Made by a program: the position numbers and the translations under genes. From an uncultured virus (IMG/VR IMGVR_UViG_3300025646_006603) (taxonomy: Duplodnaviria; Heunggongvirae; Uroviricota; Caudoviricetes), in IMG/VR virus record IMGVR_UViG_3300025646_006603: a DNA stretch of 64,000 nt, one strand, 5' to 3'. This document shows positions 20,179 to 29,864 of this stretch, piece after piece. How positions within the stretch are numbered: the first letter of the stretch is position 1; every line of letters starts with the position of its first letter. The notes under the pieces were generated by a model, which was not told the origin of the DNA, searched no databases, and was given only the letters and a program-made list of their open reading frames with translations.

Positions 20179-23100
20179 TATTTTAATTGTTTTTTACCAT
20201 TAAAAGAATCATCAGACCCTGTGTTTTGTGTATTATATAATGTTAATAAACTATTTGACAAAGTATTGTCTGTAATCTTTGAGAAAGTAAAGTTTCTTGT
20301 TTTGTCTTGGTTATAAGGTAAATACTGTGAGTATTTCTTATTATAATATTCGTCTTTAAATTTCTTAAAGTTCTTAAGAGATTCAGAATATGCAGAATCA
20401 TAATAAATTTTTAATTCGTCTAAAACCTCATTCAATTCTTCAGTAAATCTTCTTTTTTGGTTGTCTTTATCAAATTTCATATTTGAAATAATTCTATCGG
20501 CAATTGTAGATTTATTATCCTTTATTTCTTTACCCATGAACGTAAACAAACTAACCTCGGCAGGTGTGTTTATTCTCTTTTCTTTAGATGTTCTTCTAAA
20601 GGCACCCTTACTTTTAAGAGTTGTATCGTCAGGGTAAACACTATATGTGAAGTTTTGGTTCCACTCATTACTTTTTGTAGTTAACAAATAGTATGAGATT
20701 AATTTTGAATTCAACTCATTCATATCTGTACCAATAATTTCAAAATCATTTGTCAATTCATCTAATGTATCCGTTGGTGTTGGGTTTGAAGATGGGTCAG
20801 TTTCTGTGGTTCCCGTTATTGAAAATACTACAGTACTACCTTGTGAAGTTTGGTATCCGTCACTACCTGAGTTAGCCCCTGTAGATTGAGTCGTAACATA
20901 ATTTATCTTATCAATGTCAAATATTAATGTGGTTTCATCAGAAGCTATTCTTTGTGTAGTTGTCTCCATATTAAGAATTAAATCATTCTTAATTTCACCC
21001 ATAACTTTTTTGATAGATTTTTTATAACTATCAATTAATGAGTTTTTAAATAAACCAAAATTACCATACTCAATAAATGGACTAGTTCCATTGTCTACAC
21101 TACTTGTACAGAAATTATATGTTGTGTCAATTTTTTCTTCTATATACGTACTTTTCCCAAATAACTGAGTATCGTTTCCGTTAACCACTCCTGAAGTGTA
21201 ATTTCTATCTTTAACAAACAATTTTAATCCACCATATAAATAACTATTGTTAATTTCTTCAAGTGAAGATAAAACAGTTCCAGCATATGATTTATTATGT
21301 GCGGTTATATCTCTCATTATTTGTCTATAATCAGAGGTACCTGAAATGGCACCAGTTTCTACTGTCGTTTGTTGTGTTTGGATATTACCGATAGTAACTC
21401 CACCCAATCTTTGGTTTTCTACCGTTTGTCTTGGGTCAGTATTACCGTTTAATAACTGTATTCCTTCTAATACTTGAGCATCAAATTGTGATGCAGAATC
21501 ATCGGTGATATCAGCTCTATCATCATACATTTCTGTGTTTGCATAATAGTTAAATGTCAAAGCGTTTTGTAACTTAGCAACAGGTTCTTTTAAACCTTCT
21601 CCACCAATAAAGTTAAATGTCATACTAATGTCGGCAATCATTGGTTGTACACCAATACCTTCAGGATTTAAATCAAACAATAATGGTTCATATCTAATTG
21701 ATAAAGTATTGATAACAATCTTGGTGTGATAAAAATCACCAATTCTTAATATACAAACAGGAGGTGCACCAAATGCAGTATTAAACGCATCGTTATATAC
21801 TTTAGTTATTCTACCTGTCGAATCTTTTTGAATAGTTGGGATTGTGTCACCCGGTCTCATACATTGTTGTAAGAACGTTAATCGTGAGTTTAACCCTTCA
21901 GGTGTTATAGAGTGGAAAGATGGTTGGAAGTATTTAAACTTTTCTTTAATACTTTCATAAACCGCAGGACTATCATCTTGTAACATTTGGAAATAGTTAC
22001 ACTCACTCAAAGTTCTTCTAAGAACTCTTTTTGCAATATCCTGTCTAACTTTTGACTCCTGTGTTTCTACAGTTGTACTGTTTTTAATATTTGACGTTTC
22101 TTGGGTTACACCTTGACTATCTGTTGTTGGTTCAGCCGGTTCTTGAGTTTTAGTATTAGTTGGTGGTACTATTTCTGAATTTATAACCAATCTAGTTCTT
22201 CTACATGCCATAGCACCCATAGAATATTTAGCATCAGGACCTTCATCAGCAACTTTAGTACAATCAACAGTATTACCATTAATGTCTGATACGGTACCAG
22301 TTTCCCCTTGACTGTCTTTTTTAAATGTTAATTTCTTTTCAGAAATATAATCATCTATTTTACCACCACCCTCAATAGGGATTTCTTTTAACCAATTAAT
22401 TACTGATTCTATTCTTCTTGAAGATAATGCTTTGTTGTAACTATCACTATTATTTGGTGATGCACTACCTAATAAGGTTAAACTCACTGAATTACCTTGT
22501 TTTAAACTTTTAGTTAATTGAGCAACAAATTCTTTATTTAGATTATAAGAATTTTCAATTGTTGTAAAAAATTCAGTTACAGCAGTTTTTCCTGATTCAG
22601 GTGTGTCATTAATATATGTTGTTTTATCACCAATATAGGTATTATATGTTGTGTCGTATGAAACCGTTGTTGTTGTATTCCAATTTGGCCTTGTTCCTTT
22701 GGGTCCGGGCACATCATTATCAAAATAAAATACCAACTGTTTTTCTAAGAAGTCATCTAATTTCTTATTATTTTCATTAGGTTTTTCTGTTTGTTGTTCA
22801 GGTGCAACGTCTTTAGTTTCTATTTTATAATCTTCAACTGAAGTTATGTTATTAACTATCTCGTATATATCTGTTAATGAAAACTGAGGGTATTTTGTTA
22901 CCAATTCATAAATGTCATAATTTAAACAACCCGCAATAAATGAATCAACAATAGCATTAACCTGTTCACCATTCTGTCCTTTTAATTCCTTATCAATAAT
23001 TAAGTTCATGATTGACGGATGGTCAACAACAATCTTCCACGATAAGTTACCTGTTCTTGTTGTGTTATTATAGGTATATACAGGTTCAGGTCGACCTAAA

Positions 23101-25166
23101 AATTCATTGGGGGTCCATCTTGTACTTATACTTTCATCCACCCTTAAATCATATGGGGGGAACCACATGATACGACCCCCATTTGGTCCCTTTTCACAGT
23201 TAGCCAAATCATCATACGTAACTCCTTTTCTATTGGATGTTCTCCAAGCTAAATTTTCCAAAGAGAACATATATTTTTTAGGACCATTATTAGAAAAGTC
23301 ATTACCCAACATGTTTGTTGAGTCCTCACCTTTCATAGGTGCTATATTCAAATTATATGTTTTGTCTAAAACAGAATATGTAAACTGTCTTATATTTCCT
23401 CTTGTTTTTTGTAAGTCACCCAAATTAAAGAATGGAGTATCTTTTGTGAATACACGACAATATTCATAACCTTCAGAATAGTTATTTTCACTTGAATACC
23501 TAACCACTCTCGAACCTTTACTTAATATCTTATAACCATCAGAGAATTTTTTACTTACTTGGTTAATCGCATTTCCTGCGTGTTCAAGCCTCTTGTCACT
23601 TTTATCTGCGGCATCAATTAACTTTTGTGTGGTATCTAATATAGACCCATCCTTATATTGATATATTGAATTATTACTTGTTTTAGATTCAAACGTACTC
23701 TTAGTTGCTGTCCATGAACTATCTGTTGGTTGTGAGGGGTTGTCATTTGTTGGACCAGGTCTCTTTCCATAACCACCAACACTCTTATCACTTGACCAAA
23801 CAAATCCACCTGTAATACCACCTGTGTCATAGGTTGATTTTGTATTTAATCCAAATTGAAAGTCATTTTGTGAACCTTCATACTCCTTACCTAATTCTCC
23901 ATAACCGTAAACAGGTGATTGGGTTGCATAACCAAATCGGTCTAATGGCATCGCATCTGCAGGGAAAACAAGGTCAGTAGGTTCAGATGTTCTCTTACCA
24001 ATGTAGTAGTTACCTGGAGGTGCACCAATATTTAAATCATTTATAAAGTTAAGTCGATAATCAGGACGATAATCATTAAATTTTAAATTGTTAAATAACT
24101 GTGATGATTGTCCTTGTCCTGTATTTGCTAAGAATATATCCGAAGATGTTCTATTGTTTGGTAAATTTAATTTTTCAACCGCTTTTTTAACACCACCTAA
24201 TCCTAAAGCACCTGCCGCTTGTCCAACACTATTAACTGCTAGGTTTACCACACTTGTTCTTTGGATTTGTTCTAAAAATCCTCTTCTTTGTGGTAATGAA
24301 AAATAATCACCAGGTATCCATGAATATGGCGGAGTGATACCCGCAATTCTTGATACAAAATCTAAACCTTTACCAATGACAGAATCAGGTACTGATATAC
24401 TCCAATTAGGTTCAATAATAGGTACTCTACCGGCAGCTATACCCAAAGCCCTAAATGGGTCATTAACCGCATCTAAGATGTTTGCACGACCAACCGTGTA
24501 TTGATAAGCATTACCTTCAGTTCTTGTAACCCAATCTCTTTGTAGTAATTTAGCACCAATCTGCATCAAATCAGAATCCTCAGTCAATCTACCATCAGAA
24601 CCTTGTGGGTCATCAGATATTAATAATTGATACGGAGAATAAGTTGACGCAATAAATTTATAATAAGTGTCTCTTACAGGGTTTGGGTCTAAAACATACG
24701 TTATTGGACTACCAGCAACTAAATTAAGAGATATTACAGGGGATTTTTGATTGTCTTCAACTTCAATAGGCGCTCCCCATCCAGCTTGTGGTCCAAAGGT
24801 ATTTTTAATAAAAGAATCTTTTATTGATTCTGTAGTTGTCTTTGGAGGTTCAGATGCATAATAATCATATTCACCTAAATTAGATTGAGTACCTTGGTCT
24901 ACATTAATATCGACAACATCACCGTAACCGTTGAATCCATTTTCAGGACCATACGCATTTTTTACATATAATAACTTTTCTTGGTCATCACCAATGTCAA
25001 CTAATGACGGTGTATCATATACCGCCAAATCGTCAATATATAAATCACCCAATGCTGGTTGTGAATTTGGTGAGAAAACACCAGGATACGAGTAAGGTTG
25101 TAAATTCCTTACAAGTAGTTTTTTTCTGAATCCTTCAGTTGAATTAAATGATAATGGACTTGGCAT
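20178..25166 (-). CDS. Large baseplate/tail-tube initiator-like protein with inserted OmpA-like domain
   Basis: 1662 aa; W...EFLGRPEPVYTYNNTTRTGNLSW and APPVCILRIGDFY tube-initiator-like motifs; FYFDND...GSAS...YNKALSSRRIESV...RR OmpA-like. Confidence 0.6.
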   Translation of the reverse strand: MPSPLSFNSTEGFRKKLLVRNLQPYSYPGVFSPNSQPALGDLYIDDLAVYDTPSLVDIGDDQEKLLYVKNAYGPENGFNGYGDVVDINVDQGTQSNLGEYDYYASEPPKTTTESIKDSFIKNTFGPQAGWGAPIEVEDNQKSPVISLNLVAGSPITYVLDPNPVRDTYYKFIASTYSPYQLLISDDPQGSDGRLTEDSDLMQIGAKLLQRDWVTRTEGNAYQYTVGRANILDAVNDPFRALGIAAGRVPIIEPNWSISVPDSVIGKGLDFVSRIAGITPPYSWIPGDYFSLPQRRGFLEQIQRTSVVNLAVNSVGQAAGALGLGGVKKAVEKLNLPNNRTSSDIFLANTGQGQSSQLFNNLKFNDYRPDYRLNFINDLNIGAPPGNYYIGKRTSEPTDLVFPADAMPLDRFGYATQSPVYGYGELGKEYEGSQNDFQFGLNTKSTYDTGGITGGFVWSSDKSVGGYGKRPGPTNDNPSQPTDSSWTATKSTFESKTSNNSIYQYKDGSILDTTQKLIDAADKSDKRLEHAGNAINQVSKKFSDGYKILSKGSRVVRYSSENNYSEGYEYCRVFTKDTPFFNLGDLQKTRGNIRQFTYSVLDKTYNLNIAPMKGEDSTNMLGNDFSNNGPKKYMFSLENLAWRTSNRKGVTYDDLANCEKGPNGGRIMWFPPYDLRVDESISTRWTPNEFLGRPEPVYTYNNTTRTGNLSWKIVVDHPSIMNLIIDKELKGQNGEQVNAIVDSFIAGCLNYDIYELVTKYPQFSLTDIYEIVNNITSVEDYKIETKDVAPEQQTEKPNENNKKLDDFLEKQLVFYFDNDVPGPKGTRPNWNTTTTVSYDTTYNTYIGDKTTYINDTPESGKTAVTEFFTTIENSYNLNKEFVAQLTKSLKQGNSVSLTLLGSASPNNSDSYNKALSSRRIESVINWLKEIPIEGGGKIDDYISEKKLTFKKDSQGETGTVSDINGNTVDCTKVADEGPDAKYSMGAMACRRTRLVINSEIVPPTNTKTQEPAEPTTDSQGVTQETSNIKNSTTVETQESKVRQDIAKRVLRRTLSECNYFQMLQDDSPAVYESIKEKFKYFQPSFHSITPEGLNSRLTFLQQCMRPGDTIPTIQKDSTGRITKVYNDAFNTAFGAPPVCILRIGDFYHTKIVINTLSIRYEPLLFDLNPEGIGVQPMIADISMTFNFIGGEGLKEPVAKLQNALTFNYYANTEMYDDRADITDDSASQFDAQVLEGIQLLNGNTDPRQTVENQRLGGVTIGNIQTQQTTVETGAISGTSDYRQIMRDITAHNKSYAGTVLSSLEEINNSYLYGGLKLFVKDRNYTSGVVNGNDTQLFGKSTYIEEKIDTTYNFCTSSVDNGTSPFIEYGNFGLFKNSLIDSYKKSIKKVMGEIKNDLILNMETTTQRIASDETTLIFDIDKINYVTTQSTGANSGSDGYQTSQGSTVVFSITGTTETDPSSNPTPTDTLDELTNDFEIIGTDMNELNSKLISYYLLTTKSNEWNQNFTYSVYPDDTTLKSKGAFRRTSKEKRINTPAEVSLFTFMGKEIKDNKSTIADRIISNMKFDKDNQKRRFTEELNEVLDELKIYYDSAYSESLKNFKKFKDEYYNKKYSQYLPYNQDKTRNFTFSKITDNTLSNSLLTLYNTQNTGSDDSFNGKKQLK

Positions 25167-25207
25167 CTAATTAATCTTTTTACATAAATAGATGCTTGAT
25201 TATTTTT

Positions 25208-27157
25208 TTAAGCAAGATATCCTGCAGTTGTATTACCTAAAGGTGCACCTATACCCGCCATAATTTGTTTTCTAACAGCAGCAGTAAATTCAGGACTCTT
25301 CATCATTGTTTCAAATTCTCTATTATTAACACCTGAAATATCTATTCTTATTTCTAAAGGTTTACTAAAACTTATATTTTGTTCAGATTTTGAAGTACTA
25401 CTACTACTATTATTATCAAATAAATTAGTTCCTGCAACTATAGTATCTAAGTCATTAAGTTGGATACTACCTTTAGGCATCTTTAAGGTACGATTACCAT
25501 ATCCACCAGTAGATACAATATCATCACCCATATCGGGATTTTCTCCACCACCGTTACCTCCACCTCTACCACCAAAATCTCTAAAAAAAGTTTCTAATGA
25601 AGTATTAATAGCATTTACGGTGTTAGTCATACTTCCCACAGCACTATTAAATTGGTTTGTACTTGACATTAATGTGTTCATATTATTGGGTATTTGAACT
25701 GCAATATCCTGTAACATTTGTGTTGTTGTACCAACTAAATTAGCAGCATCTGTAATAAATTGGTCACTACCGGAAATAAATGAACCAAAAACTTTATTAA
25801 AGTTACCTTCACTAAAGAAACTTGACATATTATCAACAAATCCTTTAGTTGTTCCTTCAACGGTAGCTTTTGTTAGTTCAGTTAAATCTTTATTTAGTTT
25901 TTGTGTTGGGTCTACTATACCTGATGAAATTAACCCTCTTGTTGATATTTTCTCTAACGCAATAGTTCTTTGTCGTGCCAAACTTAATTGTTCAGTTTGT
26001 ATTTGTTCTGCACTTTTTGCATTATCTTTTTGGAATTGTTCAATGGCTTTTTGGTCTTCGGCAGATATATTTGTAAAATCGGTAATTGTTTTTGTAGCTC
26101 CATCTAATCCAGGGAATGTTAATTCAACCTCACCGTTTTTATTTATCTCAGCTAAATTGGCAACCAATTGTTTTTGTTTTTCATTTAATCCGGTAAACTC
26201 AAGACGTGACATCACCTCTTGTTCTTTAGCAGCTTTAACCGCAGTATTTGCAAGGTCTTCATAACTCATATTTAAAGCTTGAGCTTGTTCACGTAACCTT
26301 CTCATTTCCACACCCGTAATTTTAAATTCACCGGTTTCTTTGTTGAACATTACCGCAGATTTAGCAGTATCAACAATAGCATTTTGAAGACCTTCCATGT
26401 CATTCTCAGCCATGTACATCAATTTGAATGGGTCACCTAATGCACCAATTTCACCACCTAATGTTTGAAAACTCGCAGCTAACTCTATCGCTTTCTCAGG
26501 ATTAAGTAAATCCGCAGCCAATGATACAACTTTGGTGAAATCCATACGAAGAGCTTGAGCTCTGGCAACCATTCTACCCAACCCTTCAACACCATCCTTA
26601 AATCCATAAGAATTGACTAACTTAATATTTTCACCAACCTTTTTAAGAAAAGTATTAACATTAAGACCATAACCTCTTGCACTTGCAGCTAAACCATCAA
26701 CACTTTCTAAAGCTTTACCTGTACTTTGACCTAAATCTTGATATCCAACGACTAATGTCCCTAACTCTTCAGCAGAAATACCTGTTGTTTTTTGTAATCT
26801 AACAGCAGCAGCCAATTGTTCATCTTGTAAATAAACTTGTCTTTGTAATGCTGATGAGATTGCCTTATATGTATCCGCTTGGTCTTTTAATGTTCCACCA
26901 ATATCAAGTGTAGATTTGTAAGATTCTAATAAAGTTTTTTGAATAGAGGATGCATATTTTCCTGTGGTACCAAAGACCGTTCTTGACATTTCTTTAGCAC
27001 TATTTTCAATAGATAAAAAGGATTCTTGTACTTTTTCAAAATTAAACGCATTTTTAAATGCCACAGAAGCGTCTGTAATAAACCTACCTTGGGTATCTGC
27101 ACCTCCTTGACCAAATAATCCTTGTGAACTAGCAGCTTCTTCGTTTTGGAAAAACAT
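25208..27157 (-). CDS. Tail tape measure protein
   Basis: 649 aa, A/Q/G-rich, helical; canonical position after tube and chaperone genes and before baseplate genes. Confidence 0.65.
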   Translation of the reverse strand: MFFQNEEAASSQGLFGQGGADTQGRFITDASVAFKNAFNFEKVQESFLSIENSAKEMSRTVFGTTGKYASSIQKTLLESYKSTLDIGGTLKDQADTYKAISSALQRQVYLQDEQLAAAVRLQKTTGISAEELGTLVVGYQDLGQSTGKALESVDGLAASARGYGLNVNTFLKKVGENIKLVNSYGFKDGVEGLGRMVARAQALRMDFTKVVSLAADLLNPEKAIELAASFQTLGGEIGALGDPFKLMYMAENDMEGLQNAIVDTAKSAVMFNKETGEFKITGVEMRRLREQAQALNMSYEDLANTAVKAAKEQEVMSRLEFTGLNEKQKQLVANLAEINKNGEVELTFPGLDGATKTITDFTNISAEDQKAIEQFQKDNAKSAEQIQTEQLSLARQRTIALEKISTRGLISSGIVDPTQKLNKDLTELTKATVEGTTKGFVDNMSSFFSEGNFNKVFGSFISGSDQFITDAANLVGTTTQMLQDIAVQIPNNMNTLMSSTNQFNSAVGSMTNTVNAINTSLETFFRDFGGRGGGNGGGENPDMGDDIVSTGGYGNRTLKMPKGSIQLNDLDTIVAGTNLFDNNSSSSTSKSEQNISFSKPLEIRIDISGVNNREFETMMKSPEFTAAVRKQIMAGIGAPLGNTTAGYLA

Positions 27158-27181
27158 ATCTATTCTTTATGTATAAATAGA

Positions 27182-27394
27182 TTATTTTTTGTTTTTTTCG
27201 TACATCTCTTGTTTGGCTTCAAAATCTTCAACAATCTTATTGATAAAATATTTTCTCTCAAATACGGGCATAATTAATATATCCGAATAAGAAAAATTCG
27301 CATGCTTACACAAATAATAAATTTCGTCTAGTTGTAATTTTTTATAATCAGAAGAAAGGTCGAAAAAACTCCGCCCCGAAAGTGACAACAACAT
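27182..27394 (-). CDS. Tail assembly chaperone C-terminal extension (T4 gp51-like); probably expressed by frameshift
   Basis: EIYYL..H..FSYSDILIMPVFERKYFI motif; overlaps upstream gene end in the +1 frame. Confidence 0.6.
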   Translation of the reverse strand: MLLSLSGRSFFDLSSDYKKLQLDEIYYLCKHANFSYSDILIMPVFERKYFINKIVEDFEAKQEMYEKNKK

Positions 27395-28103
27395 TCACTT
27401 TTTCTCCTGACGGGGCGGTAATTTGTTTATTCAAATCTAATCTTGGTTCACATTTTGAAAGTTCTTTTCTAATATATTTGGAATCCGCAATTGGCATTTG
27501 TGAAATAAACACTGATATATTTTGTTTATTATCGTCACCATTTAAGGTAACAATTTGTTTTTCTAATGTCTTTGTTGTAATAGGTGCAATCATACCCTTA
27601 GGGTATTGTGAGGTTAATTTTGTAATTTCCTCTTGTTCACCAATATTCAATAACTTACACTCCACTACTTTACCACTTGACGGTAATGTAAATTGAAAAA
27701 GTCCCCTTTCATTTGGTTCAATTTCTGGTTTTAAAAAATTGATTTCATCTAACTCAATTTTTGTTTCAAATTCTTTATTAGTAACTGGGTCAATTGCTTT
27801 AATATTATATGACGTACCAAATGCGGTGTTTCTTAAAAACATTAAAATAGCTTGAACATCTCCGTCCAATAATTCATCTACATTAAAATTTGGTTCATAA
27901 ATTTTTTGTTTTAATAAAGTTCTAATAACACCCTCTGATTGGATAATATTAGGTGACATAAGAATGTTTTCGTCATTTGCCGTCAAATATCCAACCTTAA
28001 GTGAACTTTTTTTGTTTTTATAAAATTTACCACCCGAAGGTAAGTTTACCACATCGTGTGGTAAGTTCATGTCCATTTGTCCATATTGTGTAGATGTATC
28101 CAT
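27348..28103 (-). CDS. Baseplate hub assembly/tail assembly chaperone, T4 gp26-like
   Basis: Twice-repeated LPS.GK motif, LTANDENIL, C-terminal EFFRPFF; lies between tube and tape measure. Confidence 0.7.
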   Translation of the reverse strand: MDTSTQYGQMDMNLPHDVVNLPSGGKFYKNKKSSLKVGYLTANDENILMSPNIIQSEGVIRTLLKQKIYEPNFNVDELLDGDVQAILMFLRNTAFGTSYNIKAIDPVTNKEFETKIELDEINFLKPEIEPNERGLFQFTLPSSGKVVECKLLNIGEQEEITKLTSQYPKGMIAPITTKTLEKQIVTLNGDDNKQNISVFISQMPIADSKYIRKELSKCEPRLDLNKQITAPSGEKVNVVVTFGAEFFRPFF

Positions 28104-28115
28104 ATTTCTTTAAAT

Positions 28116-28144
28116 AAAAAAACCATAGGGTTTCCCCTATGGTT
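28116..28144 (-). terminator. Intrinsic terminator after tail tube gene
   Basis: Minus strand AACCATAGGG-GAAA-CCCTATGGTTTTTTT. Confidence 0.8.
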
Positions 28145-28180
28145 AAATATAACAAAATACTTTTTTTCGTAAATATTAAA

Positions 28181-28669
28181 TTAGTAAACCAAAATACATC
28201 TATCAGGACGAAGAGTAGCGGTAATTGTTGCCAATCCTTCATCACTATAACCTAATGAATCAAAGTTAACATCTGTTAAGAATGTTCCTTGTAAAATCCA
28301 TTTTTCAACCGCAACACCTGTTGGGTCCAACATCTCTAAATCAAGGTCTTTTTTATATCCCGCAGCATAACCCATACGACCTGTTACTGATTCGGCATGT
28401 AAGCGAACCCACTCCATAAGAGCTTGAGCCGCTGATGGTCCGATTGGGTCACGGAATGTTACGTTAATTGTGTTCCAGTTAAATCTTCCTGCAACGAATG
28501 TTGATGTGTTCAAAAATGGAATCTCTGTTGCTCCAATTGTCACCTGTGGACGTGAAGTTGATTCTACGTACCAAGAGTTGATACCCAAAGATGAAGGAAA
28601 AGTAAGAATGAATCGATTCTTTCTTTTTGGTTCATACGGTGTGGGCATTTTCATTAATAAATCAGCCAT
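28181..28669 (-). CDS. Tail tube protein, T4 gp19-like
   Basis: YEPKRKNRF, AGRFNWNTINVTFRDP, YKKD...LDPTG..VEKW.L.G.F; near sheath gene. Confidence 0.9.
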   Translation of the reverse strand: MADLLMKMPTPYEPKRKNRFILTFPSSLGINSWYVESTSRPQVTIGATEIPFLNTSTFVAGRFNWNTINVTFRDPIGPSAAQALMEWVRLHAESVTGRMGYAAGYKKDLDLEMLDPTGVAVEKWILQGTFLTDVNFDSLGYSDEGLATITATLRPDRCILVY

Positions 28670-28712
28670 AGTATTTTGGTTTTAGTTTTTTTTCTTATTT
28701 TGTTTATTTACA

Positions 28713-28720
28713 TATAAATA
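28713..28720 (-). promoter_or_regulatory. TATTTATA motif, putative late promoter of tail tube gene
   Basis: Recurring upstream motif. Confidence 0.5.
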
Positions 28721-28802
28721 TTACGAACTCGAAAAATTTTTCTATTTACTTTATTTTAGAAATCAATTACACATATAATGTGCCCAGATTTACTGATATA
28801 AA

Positions 28803-29654
28803 TTAAACTTCTTGTTTTTCTCCTCCTTTTGTTAAATATGTTTTAACTAGTTTATCTTTATCTTCTGCATCTAGGAAATCTTTAATTTTCTCAATATTTC
28901 TAGAATCATCATCAGAAAATCCTATATTTGGTACAAAGTTGTTTTTAATGTCATTTTTAAGGTACGCTTTTTGTCCAACCGTATCAGACATCTCTTTAAC
29001 ATATTGTATAAAGTTTCTTAAAGCAACAATCTTACCCTCCTCAGGATTGGCGGCACTACCCTCCCCGTAAGTTACAGGATGGAATTTAGCTAAGTCCAAA
29101 TAAAAATCAATCATTTCTTTGTCACTCATTTTTGTGTCGTCAAAATATTCACGATACTTTTTTAAGTTGTCCAATAATGATGACTTACTTATCCCATTGT
29201 GGTCGGTTACAATCATATTATAAACCGCTTCTCTTAATGTGTTAGGGTTGTGACCCCTCGCAGTGATTATCGCAAAAATAGACCCCCCGTTTATTGCCTC
29301 AACAAAATCATTCCATGAAGGACCCGTTTTTGCCATCATAGCATCCACGATAAATGCTTTGTCACCCTTAACCCCAAAATTCCTATAAGGGTCAGATGCA
29401 TAACCTACAACGTTGTGTCCTTTATAATCAAAAGGTTCTTTTCCTATTTGTTCTCTGTATTCAGCAAAATCTTCAGTACTCATACCCACTTCTTCATCCT
29501 TATCATCAATAAGAATAATCTGTGTTGGCATTGTAACAATGTTATCATCCCAGTCAAAAGCATAATACTTCATATCGGGATTACCTGCTTCATCAAACCC
29601 CTCACGAAGTTGTTTTTCTTCAGCAAATTCCTTTATAATACGTTTTAAATTCAT
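28803..29654 (-). CDS. HAD-superfamily phosphatase-like protein
   Basis: Motif I FDWDDNI, motif II IITARG, motif III K, motif IV GFSDDD..NI. Confidence 0.7.
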   Translation of the reverse strand: MNLKRIIKEFAEEKQLREGFDEAGNPDMKYYAFDWDDNIVTMPTQIILIDDKDEEVGMSTEDFAEYREQIGKEPFDYKGHNVVGYASDPYRNFGVKGDKAFIVDAMMAKTGPSWNDFVEAINGGSIFAIITARGHNPNTLREAVYNMIVTDHNGISKSSLLDNLKKYREYFDDTKMSDKEMIDFYLDLAKFHPVTYGEGSAANPEEGKIVALRNFIQYVKEMSDTVGQKAYLKNDIKNNFVPNIGFSDDDSRNIEKIKDFLDAEDKDKLVKTYLTKGGEKQEV

Positions 29655-29797
29655 TTTTTCTCTTTAGATACTTTTGAAATTAATCTTTCTAATTGTTCTT
29701 CAGAAACAACAATACTTTGTGGTTTTTCAGAAAATGTTTTCTTTTCTGAACTTTGTAAGTTTAAAGCTTCACTTAATGTTTTTTTATTAAATTCCAT
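29651..29797 (-). CDS. Small hypothetical protein (48 aa; absent from ORF track)
   Basis: MEFNKKTLSEALNLQSSEKKTFSEKPQSIVVSEEQLERLISKVSKEKK; ATGA stop/start overlap with the next gene. Confidence 0.7.
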   Translation of the reverse strand: MEFNKKTLSEALNLQSSEKKTFSEKPQSIVVSEEQLERLISKVSKEKK

Positions 29798-29818
29798 TTG
29801 TTTCTATTTTTAGGCTAT

Positions 29819-29847
29819 AAAGGGGGGAACTTGCGAACCCCCCTTTT
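29819..29847 (-). terminator. Stem-loop terminator after tail sheath gene
   Basis: G6/C6 stem flanked by A/T runs. Confidence 0.65.
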
Positions 29848-29864
29848 GTTGTGTTTATTATCTA

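Noticed and set aside
27348..27350. TGA readthrough joining the chaperone ORFs
   Set aside because: The downstream ORF is in a different frame, so readthrough cannot fuse them
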